A stretch of 64,000 bases of DNA from Chloroflexia bacterium (GTDB taxonomy: Bacteria; Chloroflexota; Chloroflexia; QHBQ01; JAICKM01), in NCBI GenBank assembly GCA_035693165.1, contig DASSGZ010000499.1, forward strand, positions 617-64,616. Direction: 5' to 3'. Each line of letters opens with the position of its first letter. Position 1 is the stretch's first letter. Of the stretch, positions 46,067 to 54,681 are shown one piece after another. A program made the position numbers and the translations under genes. Under the pieces are notes generated by a model, which saw only the letters and a list, made by a program, of their open reading frames with translations, was not told the DNA's origin and did no database searches.

Positions 46067-47481
46067 GGCACCGGCGGCGGGCCGAAGCCGGGGAGTTGGC
46101 CCGCGTAGGCGCCGCGGGCGAAGAACCAGTCCAGCAGGCGGTGCGCGGGGCCAAGTTGCAGGCCGAGGTTGCTGGTGCCCGCGATGGGGTAGACGGTGTT
46201 ATAGTCGAACTGCGCGGTGTAGAGCGAGTCCGGGCCGAGTTGCGTGGCGAGTTGCGTGGCGAGTTGGGCCAGCGCGAACTGCTGCTCGGGCGGGATGTTG
46301 GTCTCCACCGCGTCGCCAAGCTGGTTTAGCAACGCGGGATAGCGCGGCAGCATATTGACCGCGGCTAGCTTACTCTGCAACGCGCGGATCACCTGCTGCT
46401 GGCGCCCGATGCGCGCGAAGTCGCTGTCGCCGTGGCGGGTGCGCGCATATTGCAGCGCCTGCGCCCCATCCATGTGCTGGAACCCGGCATCGAAGTGGAT
46501 GTGCATGTAGCTGTAATTCGGCCCCGGATAGGCCGGGTCGTCAATCGGAGCAGGCACATCGATATCCACGCCGCCCGCCGCGTCGATGATCTTCTCGAAC
46601 CCCGCGAAGTTCAGCGCCACGTAGTAGTCAATCGGCACATTCAGCAACTGGCTGACGGTGGGCAGCGCCAGGCCCGGCCCGCCGCCCGGCAAGCGGTAGG
46701 CTTCGCCCAGGAAGTAGGCGGCGTTGATCTTCTGCCAGCCGTAGCCGGGCACCAGCACCTGGAGGTCGCGCGGGATGCCGAGGACGCCGACCCGCTTGGC
46801 CGCCGGGTCCACGCTGACCACCATCAGCGTATCGCTGCGCGACGGCTCGCCCGCTTCCTCGGGCCGCTTGTCGGTGCCCAGCACCAGGATGTTGAAGCGC
46901 CCGGAGGGCAGCAAGGCAGCCGCAGTCGCCACCGCATCGGGGGTGGGACTCGGCAGCGCCGTAGCGAACGGTTGGGCGGGCACATCCAGCCCGCTCGGCT
47001 CGGTCGGCATGGGCGCAGCCAACGGCGGCCCGGCCATGCTCGGCGCGGTGGGCGCCGCGGCAGCGACGACGGTGGGCGGCGGGGGCGCGGGGGGCAGGGC
47101 ACGGTAGATGCGATGCGAGACCGACCAGGCCGTATAGCCCAGCAGCGCCGTGTAGGCCAGGATGATCATCAGGGCCACCAGCAGACCGCCCGCCGCCCAG
47201 CGCCACGCCGACGACCGCGGCGCCGGATGACCCAGCATGGCCTGGCGCTCGACCTGCACGGGTAGCTTCGCGCCCACCGCGCGGGGCACCGGCGCCGGGA
47301 CCGCCTGGCGCGCCAGCGCGGCGCGGGCCAGTTCATCCCGGCGAAACGCGGCGTAGAGGCGGCCGCAGCGCGGGCAGGCGGCGATATGCGTGCGGATGGG
47401 GTCCACGTCCCCGGCAGCAAGCGTACCGTCCAGCAACGCCGGCAACGCGCGCCGCACATCCGCGCAGGCTATCTCCGCCAT
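46063..47481 (-). CDS. Fusion of a zf-HC2 anti-sigma-type zinc finger, a TM helix and an LCP (LytR-CpsA-Psr) domain
   Basis: N-terminal H-x3-C-x2-C (THIAACPRC) is followed by one TM helix. The extracytoplasmic LCP domain follows (FNILVLGTDKR...RSDTLMVVSV...). Confidence 0.82.
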   Translation of the reverse strand: MAEIACADVRRALPALLDGTLAAGDVDPIRTHIAACPRCGRLYAAFRRDELARAALARQAVPAPVPRAVGAKLPVQVERQAMLGHPAPRSSAWRWAAGGLLVALMIILAYTALLGYTAWSVSHRIYRALPPAPPPPTVVAAAAPTAPSMAGPPLAAPMPTEPSGLDVPAQPFATALPSPTPDAVATAAALLPSGRFNILVLGTDKRPEEAGEPSRSDTLMVVSVDPAAKRVGVLGIPRDLQVLVPGYGWQKINAAYFLGEAYRLPGGGPGLALPTVSQLLNVPIDYYVALNFAGFEKIIDAAGGVDIDVPAPIDDPAYPGPNYSYMHIHFDAGFQHMDGAQALQYARTRHGDSDFARIGRQQQVIRALQSKLAAVNMLPRYPALLNQLGDAVETNIPPEQQFALAQLATQLATQLGPDSLYTAQFDYNTVYPIAGTSNLGLQLGPAHRLLDWFFARGAYAGQLPGFGPPPVP

Positions 47482-47720
47482 CGAACCTCGCTTCGTCCTC
47501 TCTGTATATTGGTCGTTCTATCAGGATATACGATCTCTCCTGTTATATTTAGATGCATGGCGCGGCCAAATGTTACGCACCGGGGCCAAAAGGCAAGCGA
47601 GCGCACATATACATCCGGGCAATCGTATATAATATAGAGGCAGCCAAGCGAGGACGCTGCCGGTCGGGTCGCAGCCAGGGCGCTGCGGATAGCCCCGGCC
47701 ACCGAAAGGAGTAACCACCG

Positions 47721-48293
47721 ATGACCACACAGGCCGGCGAAAATCAGGACATCGTGCGCCGCCAGATCGAAGCATTCCGCCGCCAGAAGGACAAGTGGAT
47801 GCAGGAGTCCCCGGACTCGCCGCTGGAGCACCACCAGCGCCACACCTTCAGCGGACTCAACTACTATCCCATCGATTTCACCTACCGCGTGAAGGCGACG
47901 ATGAACCGCGACGCCCAGCCGCACACCATCCAGATCCAGACGACGACGGGCGATTGGCGCGAGTACAACCACTACGGCGTGCTGGCGTTCGAGTTGAACG
48001 GGCAGCCGCTCAAGCTGAACGTCTACCAGCCCGTGGGCGACAAGGCGCACAGCGCCAGCAAAGAGCTGTTCGTGCCCTTCCGCGACCGCACCGCGCCGAA
48101 GGAAACCTATGGCGCAGGCCGCTACCTGGATCTGCGGGCGCTGGACGAGGGCCAGGATTACCTGCTCGACTTCAACCGGGCCTACAATCCCTGGTGCGCT
48201 TACAGCCCCAACTATAGCTGCACCATCCCGCCGCCCGCCAACCACCTGCCGGTGGAGGTCCGGGCCGGCGAAAAGCTGTACGAGGAACATTAA
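47721..48293 (+). CDS. DUF1684 domain protein
   Basis: The C-terminal signature YGAGRYLDL...DFNRAYNPWCAY...C..PP..N.L is present. SD AAAGGAG is upstream. Confidence 0.8.
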   Translation: MTTQAGENQDIVRRQIEAFRRQKDKWMQESPDSPLEHHQRHTFSGLNYYPIDFTYRVKATMNRDAQPHTIQIQTTTGDWREYNHYGVLAFELNGQPLKLNVYQPVGDKAHSASKELFVPFRDRTAPKETYGAGRYLDLRALDEGQDYLLDFNRAYNPWCAYSPNYSCTIPPPANHLPVEVRAGEKLYEEH

Positions 48294-48368
48294 TCCTGCA
48301 TCAGCCGGCACAGCGGCGCGGATCGTCTCCGCGCCGCTGCTGTTGCCGGCCCCCTAGACGGAGTGCCC

Positions 48369-50495
48369 ATGTCCGACGACTCGCAGACGGCGCCGCGGCC
48401 CGTGACCGCCGCCGACATCATGAAGATCAAGTTCCTGTCCGAACCGGCCCTGAGTCCCGACGGCCGCCAGGTGGCCTTTGTCGTGGCCCACGCTCACGAA
48501 GCCGACAACGACTACCGGTCGCACATCTGGATACGCCGGACGGACGGCAAGGGCCGGGCGCAGCAGTTCACCCACGGCGCCAAGCGCGACGCCCACCCCG
48601 TCTGGAGTCCCGACGGGCGCTGGATCGCCTTCGTCTCCAACCGCAGCGGGCATAAAGAGGTCTGGCTGATCCCCGCCGACGGCGGCGAGGCCCGCCGCGT
48701 CACCCACACCCGCCACGGCGCGGGCAACCCCAGTTGGGCGCCCGACAGCCGCGCCCTGTCTTTCACCAGCGAGATCGGGCCGGACGACCCGCAGCCGTCG
48801 TCGCAACCGCTGGAGAGCGACGAGGAACGCAAAGCGCGCAAGGAGAAGGAAGACAAAGCCAAGCGCGAGACGGCCCGCCGCATTTCGCGCCTGCGCTACA
48901 AGCACGACAGCACCGGCATGTGGGAGGGGCGCTACAGCCATATCTGGGTCCAGGCCCTGGACGAAGACGGCGACAACGACGGCGAGCCGCGTCAACTCAC
49001 CAGCGGCGACTACGAGGACAGCCCGGCGGTCTGGAGTCCTGACGGCAAGTGGCTGGCTTTCTCCTCCAACCGCACCGCCGACCCCGACCGCAATCTCGTC
49101 TCCGACATCTTCGTCGTGCCCGTCGAGGGCGGCGACCCGCAGCAGCTTACCGCCAGCCGCGGCCCGGCGCATAGCCCGGCCTGGCGCCCCGATTCCGGCG
49201 CGATCGCCTACGTGGGTCACGAGCGCGGCAACGAGTGGGGGTTCGGCTCGAACAATATCCTCTTCGTGGTGCCCTTCGTGCCCGGCCAGGAAACGATCGC
49301 CGAGCGGCAGGACCTGAGCAGCCGGATCGACCGCCCGGTGGACAACATGTCGCTGAGCGACTCGCGTATGGGCGGCTTCATCAACTACCCGACCTGGACG
49401 CCCGACGGCCGGCACATCTACATGACCGTGAGCGATTGGGGCCGGGTGGGCCTCGACCGCTTCACGGCTGACGATTCCGCCGCCCCGGAGCCGGTCATCG
49501 GCGGCGACCGGGTGCTGACCAACCTCTCGTTTACACCGGATGCGCGGGCGGTAGCCTTTGTCGCCGGCACGCCCAGCAACCCCGGCGATCTGTTCTTCGC
49601 CCGGCTCGACGAGACCGGCCCGGCCCGCGACGAGCAGCAACTGACGACGGTGAACAAGCACGTCTTCGCGGACCTGCTCATCGGTGACGCCGAGGAGATC
49701 CGCTTCGACTCGCCCGATGGGCCGGAGTTGCAAGGCTGGATCATCAAGCCTCCGGGCTTCGAGGAAGGCCGCAAGTACCCCGCCGTCATCGAGATCCACG
49801 GCGGGCCGCACCTGATGTACAGTTTCGCCTTCTTCCATGAGTTCCAACTGCTGGCCGCGCAGGGCTACGTAGTGTTCTACATGAACCCGCGCGGCGGCCA
49901 GGGCTACGGCCAGGAGTTCGTCGACGCTATCCGCGGCGGCTGGGGCGAGCCCGACTACCGCGACCTGATGCGCGGGGTGGACGTGTTGCTGGAGCAGGGC
50001 TACGTGGACGAGGCGCGCCTGGGCGTCACTGGCGGCTCGTATGGCGGCTACATGACCTGCTGGATCATCGGGCACACGAACCGCTTCCGCACCGCCGTCG
50101 CCTCACGCAGCGTCACCAACCTGATCAGCATGTACGGGTCGAGCGACGCGGGCTGGATGCTGGAGGACTGGGAGTTCACCCCGCTGTTCGATAACCCGGA
50201 AGCCTACCAACTGCTCTGGCGCCACTCGCCCATCGCCTACGTGCCCCAGATCGAGACGCCGCTGCTGCTGACCCACGGCGAGGACGACCGGCGCTGCCAC
50301 CTGGAGCAAGCCGAAGAGATGTACGTGGCCCTGCGGCGGCTGGGCAAGACGGCGGAACTGGTCACCTTCCCCGGCTCGACGCACGAACTATCACGAGGCG
50401 GCGCGCCGCGCATGCGTGTGCAGCGCCTCGACGCCATCGTCGATTGGATGCGGCGCTACCTGGACAAGGAGGACACGGCGGATGGGGGAGCATAA
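48369..50495 (+). CDS. S9-family serine peptidase (acylaminoacyl-peptidase/prolyl oligopeptidase-like) with an N-terminal beta-propeller
   Basis: Repeated SPDG..(I/L)AF propeller motifs, nucleophile elbow GGSYGG, and C-terminal HGEDD and H residues. Confidence 0.9.
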   Translation: MSDDSQTAPRPVTAADIMKIKFLSEPALSPDGRQVAFVVAHAHEADNDYRSHIWIRRTDGKGRAQQFTHGAKRDAHPVWSPDGRWIAFVSNRSGHKEVWLIPADGGEARRVTHTRHGAGNPSWAPDSRALSFTSEIGPDDPQPSSQPLESDEERKARKEKEDKAKRETARRISRLRYKHDSTGMWEGRYSHIWVQALDEDGDNDGEPRQLTSGDYEDSPAVWSPDGKWLAFSSNRTADPDRNLVSDIFVVPVEGGDPQQLTASRGPAHSPAWRPDSGAIAYVGHERGNEWGFGSNNILFVVPFVPGQETIAERQDLSSRIDRPVDNMSLSDSRMGGFINYPTWTPDGRHIYMTVSDWGRVGLDRFTADDSAAPEPVIGGDRVLTNLSFTPDARAVAFVAGTPSNPGDLFFARLDETGPARDEQQLTTVNKHVFADLLIGDAEEIRFDSPDGPELQGWIIKPPGFEEGRKYPAVIEIHGGPHLMYSFAFFHEFQLLAAQGYVVFYMNPRGGQGYGQEFVDAIRGGWGEPDYRDLMRGVDVLLEQGYVDEARLGVTGGSYGGYMTCWIIGHTNRFRTAVASRSVTNLISMYGSSDAGWMLEDWEFTPLFDNPEAYQLLWRHSPIAYVPQIETPLLLTHGEDDRRCHLEQAEEMYVALRRLGKTAELVTFPGSTHELSRGGAPRMRVQRLDAIVDWMRRYLDKEDTADGGA

Positions 50496-50901
50496 GCCGA
50501 TCACCCAGCCCGTGCCCCATGCTCGCGCCACGCTGGCCTATCAGATGCTGCCCGAAGACGCCAACTCGCAGGGCTATGTCCACGGCGGCTCTGTGACCAA
50601 ACTGGCCGACACGGCGGCGGGGGTCTGCGCGGCCCGGCACGCCCGCAGCCGGGTCGCCACCGTCGCCATCACCAACATGACCTTCACCGCGCCGGTCAAG
50701 ATCGGCGCGCTGGTGACGGTCGAGGCCCGGCTGGTGGGCGTGGGGCGCACGTCGATGCAGATCGACGTGGAGGTCTGGGCCGAGGAGATCACCAGCGGCG
50801 AGCGCGCGCTGACCAGCACCGGGCGCTTCGTCTTCGTGGCCCTCGATGAACACGACCGGCCCCGGCCTGTCCCACCCCTGGAGCCGGATGCCGGCGTCTG
50901 A
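50482..50901 (+). CDS. Acyl-CoA thioesterase (hotdog fold, YciA/BFIT-like)
   Basis: ATG 50482 overlaps the peptidase 3' end. The NSQGYVHGGSVTKLAD motif is present. Confidence 0.8.
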   Translation: MGEHKPITQPVPHARATLAYQMLPEDANSQGYVHGGSVTKLADTAAGVCAARHARSRVATVAITNMTFTAPVKIGALVTVEARLVGVGRTSMQIDVEVWAEEITSGERALTSTGRFVFVALDEHDRPRPVPPLEPDAGV

Positions 50902-51712
50902 TCCCCACCCCGCGGACGACCCGGATGCCCCGGCGGACCCAGGCATCCTGGATCGGTTTGCGCCGTTCTACGATCTCGAATACGGCACTTACGACGCCGA
51001 CCTGGACTTTTACCGGGGCTGCGCGGCCCAGGCCGCCCCCCGGCGGAGCCCGGCGGCGCAGGTGCTGGAACTGGCCTGCGGCAGCGGGCGGGTGCTGCTG
51101 GCTCTGGCCGCCGCGGGCCACGTCTGCACCGGGGTCGATGCCTCGCCTGCCATGCTGGCCCTGGCCCGTGCGCGCCTGGCGGCGGCAGACCTGCCGGCCA
51201 CCCTGGTCGCCGCCCGCATGGAAGCCTTGCCCCCGGATCTCGGTCCCTTCGACCTCGTCCTCTGCGCCCTGAACAGCTTTGCCTATCTGCCCACGCAGGC
51301 CGATCAACTGGCGACGCTCGTCGACGTGCAGGCCCGGCTGCGGCGCGGCGGGTTGCTGGTGCTCGACCTCAGTCCGGTGGACGCGGGCGGCCCCTACCCC
51401 GCCGGCGGCGAACTGGTGCATCAGGGCGCCTGGGACCGGCCCGGCGGCGGGCGGGTGCTCAAATTCGTCAGCGGCGTGTGGGACAGCGCCGACCAGCAGC
51501 ATCACGTCCACTGGATTTACGACGAGGAAGATCCCGCCGGGCGCGTCCGCCGCACGACCATCCCGCAAACCCTGCGCTACACCTATCGCTGGGAAGCCCA
51601 ACTCCTGCTCGAACGCGCCGGCCTCCGCCTGGCCGGCATCTACGGCACCTACGATCTCGACCCCTACAGCAGCGACTCCCCCCGCCTGATCCTGGTGGCG
51701 CAGCGGCCCTAG
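50888..51712 (+). CDS. Class I SAM-dependent methyltransferase
   Basis: GGAG precedes ATG 50888. Motif I is VLELACGSGRV. Confidence 0.8.
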   Translation: MPASDPHPADDPDAPADPGILDRFAPFYDLEYGTYDADLDFYRGCAAQAAPRRSPAAQVLELACGSGRVLLALAAAGHVCTGVDASPAMLALARARLAAADLPATLVAARMEALPPDLGPFDLVLCALNSFAYLPTQADQLATLVDVQARLRRGGLLVLDLSPVDAGGPYPAGGELVHQGAWDRPGGGRVLKFVSGVWDSADQQHHVHWIYDEEDPAGRVRRTTIPQTLRYTYRWEAQLLLERAGLRLAGIYGTYDLDPYSSDSPRLILVAQRP

Positions 51713-51771
51713 CCGGCGCCCCGTCCATCCCGCGCGCCGGTTTGCAACCGGCCCCTACATCTCCAGCGAGA

Positions 51772-52368
51772 CTACAGCAACCCCAGGTGCAGGAGCCGGC
51801 GCTGCATCCACCCCACCGGCACGCTGAACAGGTCGGCCATCCAGGCCACGGCTTCGTCCGGCGTGGCCGTCACGGCGGCGGCATAGAGCCACGCGGGTCG
51901 CACCCAGGCGGCGGGCATCGTCGTCAGCCGGGCGAACAGGTCGGCCTCGATCTCGGCCTGGCCGTGGCGCGGGTCGAGCGGCGGCCCGGCGCGGCGGGCG
52001 TAGGGGATGCCCGGCGCGCAGCGATCCGGTAGGATGTGCAGCAGCACATGGCCCGCCTCGTGGAACGCGGTGACAAACACCTCCCGCGTCGGAGCGTTCG
52101 AGTCCAGGCAGAGCGCGGCGTGCCGCTTATAGCGCGCGAACTCCACCGGAAAGGCATAGCCATAGACCCCGGCGTCGCGCCCGTCGTCAAGCGGCGGCAG
52201 AATCAGCGTGACAGGCTCCAGGATGGCCAGCAGGTGCAGAATGGGGAACGGCGGCCCGGTCCCGCCATACATGCGCACCACCTCGTCGGCAAGCTCGGAT
52301 ATCCGTGTATAGTCGTCGGGGGAAAGCCCGGCAAGCGCCGGATCGATCTCAGGCAAGAGCAACTCCAC
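51772..52368 (-). CDS. ImmA/IrrE-family zinc metallopeptidase
   Basis: HEAGH (HExxH) is followed by EIEADLFA....MP, the ImmA/IrrE signature. GTG start. The minus-strand putative promoter is TTGTAA, 17 nt, TAAAAT (about 52433-52405). Confidence 0.75.
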   Translation of the reverse strand: MELLLPEIDPALAGLSPDDYTRISELADEVVRMYGGTGPPFPILHLLAILEPVTLILPPLDDGRDAGVYGYAFPVEFARYKRHAALCLDSNAPTREVFVTAFHEAGHVLLHILPDRCAPGIPYARRAGPPLDPRHGQAEIEADLFARLTTMPAAWVRPAWLYAAAVTATPDEAVAWMADLFSVPVGWMQRRLLHLGLL

Positions 52369-52548
52369 AGTAGCGGATCAAGGTCGCACAGCGTCCCTAT
52401 TTTAGCACTAATGTTCTAGTATTACAAGAGGATGCCGGGTAGCAGCCGGCAAGAGGCAAGTGGTTAGGATGCCGCCGCTTTCGGGGAGCCGAGTAAGCGG
52501 GCGATTTAAACCCCACCCCACCGATCGCAGGGCACCACGGGCATAGAC

Positions 52549-54040
52549 GGGTGCAGGCCAGGATTTAGGCAGCTTTGGGCAGCGCGTCCGTCTCGGCCCA
52601 ACTCGCGTCCCAGCGCCCACTGAGCAACTCCGCCCGCAACGTCAGCACCGCTTGCACCCCGGCCGTGCTCCAGCGCATCCCCGCTCCCTTGGCCCGCCCG
52701 CCCACCACTCGTTTACAGGCACTCTCCACCACCCCACTCCCCACCGGATAGCCCGCCGCCCGGTACCGCGCGTAATCCATCCGCCCGGCATTCGTCGCGA
52801 AGTAGTGCTCCTGCGCTCCCGCCGCCGCCCCCCCGGGCGCCGCGGCCGCCCCCCGTAACGCCGCCTGCACCGCCCCCACCTGCCCGGCCCATAACTCGGC
52901 TTCCCGCGCTGCCACCCACGCTTGCGCCCCCGCCGTCCCCTCCCCAAATAGCCCGTTGCCCGCCGCCCACAGGTGTTCCAGCGCGTGATACCAATCTAAC
53001 ACTTCCACCCGCTGCGGAAAATGGGTCGCGAACTGCTGCCAAATGCTCGGCGCCCCGTCGCCCAAGCAGACCACCCGCTCGCTGGCCGGGTCGATCCCCC
53101 GGCGCAGCGCTTCGGCATACAGCCGCTCCCCCGCCCGCTCCATGGCCCCCGTATACACCATATAGCTCGGCGCCGTCGCCTGCACCTCCCGCCGGCGCCC
53201 GCGGGCCGGTCCCGGCGACGAGGTCGCCCAACACACCACGCCGGCCTTCACTTCGTGCCAATCATCGCGGAAGCAGACCCGCGCCGCATCTAAGGCCACC
53301 GCCCAGATCCCTGCCCCGCGCGGGCGCCGCCCGACGCCCGCGTCCGGTGCCCCCAGCGTCCCGTCCTGCAAGGCCCGCGTGGCCTGGGTGCGCCGGGCGG
53401 CGTCTAAGGCTGTGCCGCGGGCTTCGGTCAGCCGGGCCACTTCCCGCGGGGAGATGGCAATCCCGGTGAGCGCCGTCCAGGTGGCGGCCGCGCGCTCAAA
53501 GGGCAACTCGGCGCCGAGCCGGCAGACGCCCTGCTGCACGCCGGCACTGAATTGGCCGGGCGCCAGGCCGAGCGCCGCATCGAGCAGGTAACGGCCCTGG
53601 TGGCAGGCGCGGCAGTAGTAGTAGCCGCGGCGCAGGCGCAACAGGCCAACGCGGGTTTGTAGGGTGCGGGCGAAGGTGCCTTTATACTGGAGCGGTGCCC
53701 CGCACGGGCAGCGGGGCGGGGTGGGGGCCGTTTCACGCTGCTGCCGCGCCTGCTCGACGGCGGCCTGCATGAGCGCGGCGGCAGCGTCCTGGCCGATCTG
53801 GTAGGCGGCGGTTTCCCAGTCGGCGAGGGTGGCAGCAGGTTGGGGGGTCACGGTGGCGAAGAATTCATTGACGCGCTCCTGAAACTGTTGGATAATAGGG
53901 GCGAGCAGGGCCGCACACGCGGGTGTGAGAGGACTGGTCATGGGATACCCTCCAGGATTTCGGCCCATAGGCCGGGATGTAAGCACCTGGAGGGTATCAC
54001 ATTTTTCCGTTCTTGTGTGCCTAAATCCTGGCCTGCACCC
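52549..54040 (-). mobile_element. Intact insertion sequence (ISKra4-like), 1492 bp
   Basis: Perfect 23-bp terminal inverted repeats GGGTGCAGGCCAGGATTTAGGCA (52549-52571 versus the reverse complement of 54018-54040). They are flanked by an 8-bp direct repeat GCATAGAC (52541-52548 and 54041-54048). A single transposase ORF fills the element. Confidence 0.92.
52565..53941 (-). CDS. Transposase (ISKra4-family-like, N-terminal zinc-ribbon plus DDE region)
   Basis: SD GGAGGG precedes ATG 53941. CPCG...RRGYYYCRACHQG...LD..LGL is the motif I associate with ISKra4-type transposases. The family assignment is from memory. Confidence 0.8.
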   Translation of the reverse strand: MTSPLTPACAALLAPIIQQFQERVNEFFATVTPQPAATLADWETAAYQIGQDAAAALMQAAVEQARQQRETAPTPPRCPCGAPLQYKGTFARTLQTRVGLLRLRRGYYYCRACHQGRYLLDAALGLAPGQFSAGVQQGVCRLGAELPFERAAATWTALTGIAISPREVARLTEARGTALDAARRTQATRALQDGTLGAPDAGVGRRPRGAGIWAVALDAARVCFRDDWHEVKAGVVCWATSSPGPARGRRREVQATAPSYMVYTGAMERAGERLYAEALRRGIDPASERVVCLGDGAPSIWQQFATHFPQRVEVLDWYHALEHLWAAGNGLFGEGTAGAQAWVAAREAELWAGQVGAVQAALRGAAAAPGGAAAGAQEHYFATNAGRMDYARYRAAGYPVGSGVVESACKRVVGGRAKGAGMRWSTAGVQAVLTLRAELLSGRWDASWAETDALPKAA

Positions 54041-54128
54041 GCATAGACTATGCTCTTGACTTAGAGCGCTCTAACTTTCATATAATGATCTGACTACCGA
54101 TTTTCGGTGCAAAGGATGGGCAAGAATC

Positions 54129-54638
54129 ATGATAACCAATTTACCAGATACCGGCGCTGCGCCGGCGCCGGCCGGCAGGCGGCAATCCACCGGACCGGTG
54201 GAAAGGTACACCGTGCAGCAGGCCGCCGCCCTGACCGGGTTGAGCGAGCACACGCTGCGCTACTATGAGCGGATTGGCTTGATCCAGCCGGTGCCGCGCC
54301 AGGAAAGCAGCGGCCATCGCCGCTATGGCCCCGCCGACCTGGCGAAATTGGAGACCCTGGCCTGTTTGCGCGCCACCGGTATGCCCATCGAGCAGATGCG
54401 CCGCTACTTCGAGTTGCGCTCCCGCGGCGCCGGCGCTGCCGCCGAGCAACAGGCGCTGCTCGCGGCCCACCTGGAGGAACTGCACCGGCGCATGGCCGCG
54501 CTCCAGGCGCATGTCGAGTACGTCGAGCACAAGATCGCCTACTGGCGCGCCGTGGAGGCGCAGGATGAGCGGGAAGCGGCGCGCATCGCCCGCGAGACTC
54601 AAGAGCTGGTTCGCGCCGCCGTCGCCAATCGCGGCTGA
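54129..54638 (+). CDS. MerR-family transcriptional regulator
   Basis: The N-terminal HTH is YTVQQAAALTGLSEHTLRYYERIGLI, followed by a coiled-coil dimerisation helix. Confidence 0.88.
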   Translation: MITNLPDTGAAPAPAGRRQSTGPVERYTVQQAAALTGLSEHTLRYYERIGLIQPVPRQESSGHRRYGPADLAKLETLACLRATGMPIEQMRRYFELRSRGAGAAAEQQALLAAHLEELHRRMAALQAHVEYVEHKIAYWRAVEAQDEREAARIARETQELVRAAVANRG

Positions 54639-54681
54639 TAATTGACCCACGGAGCATTGCAGTCCTGGAAGGAACACCACC

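Noticed and set aside
48354-50075. 573-aa ORF antisense to the S9 peptidase
   Set aside because: This is a shadow ORF. The sense strand encodes a complete propeller plus alpha/beta-hydrolase peptidase with GGSYGG.
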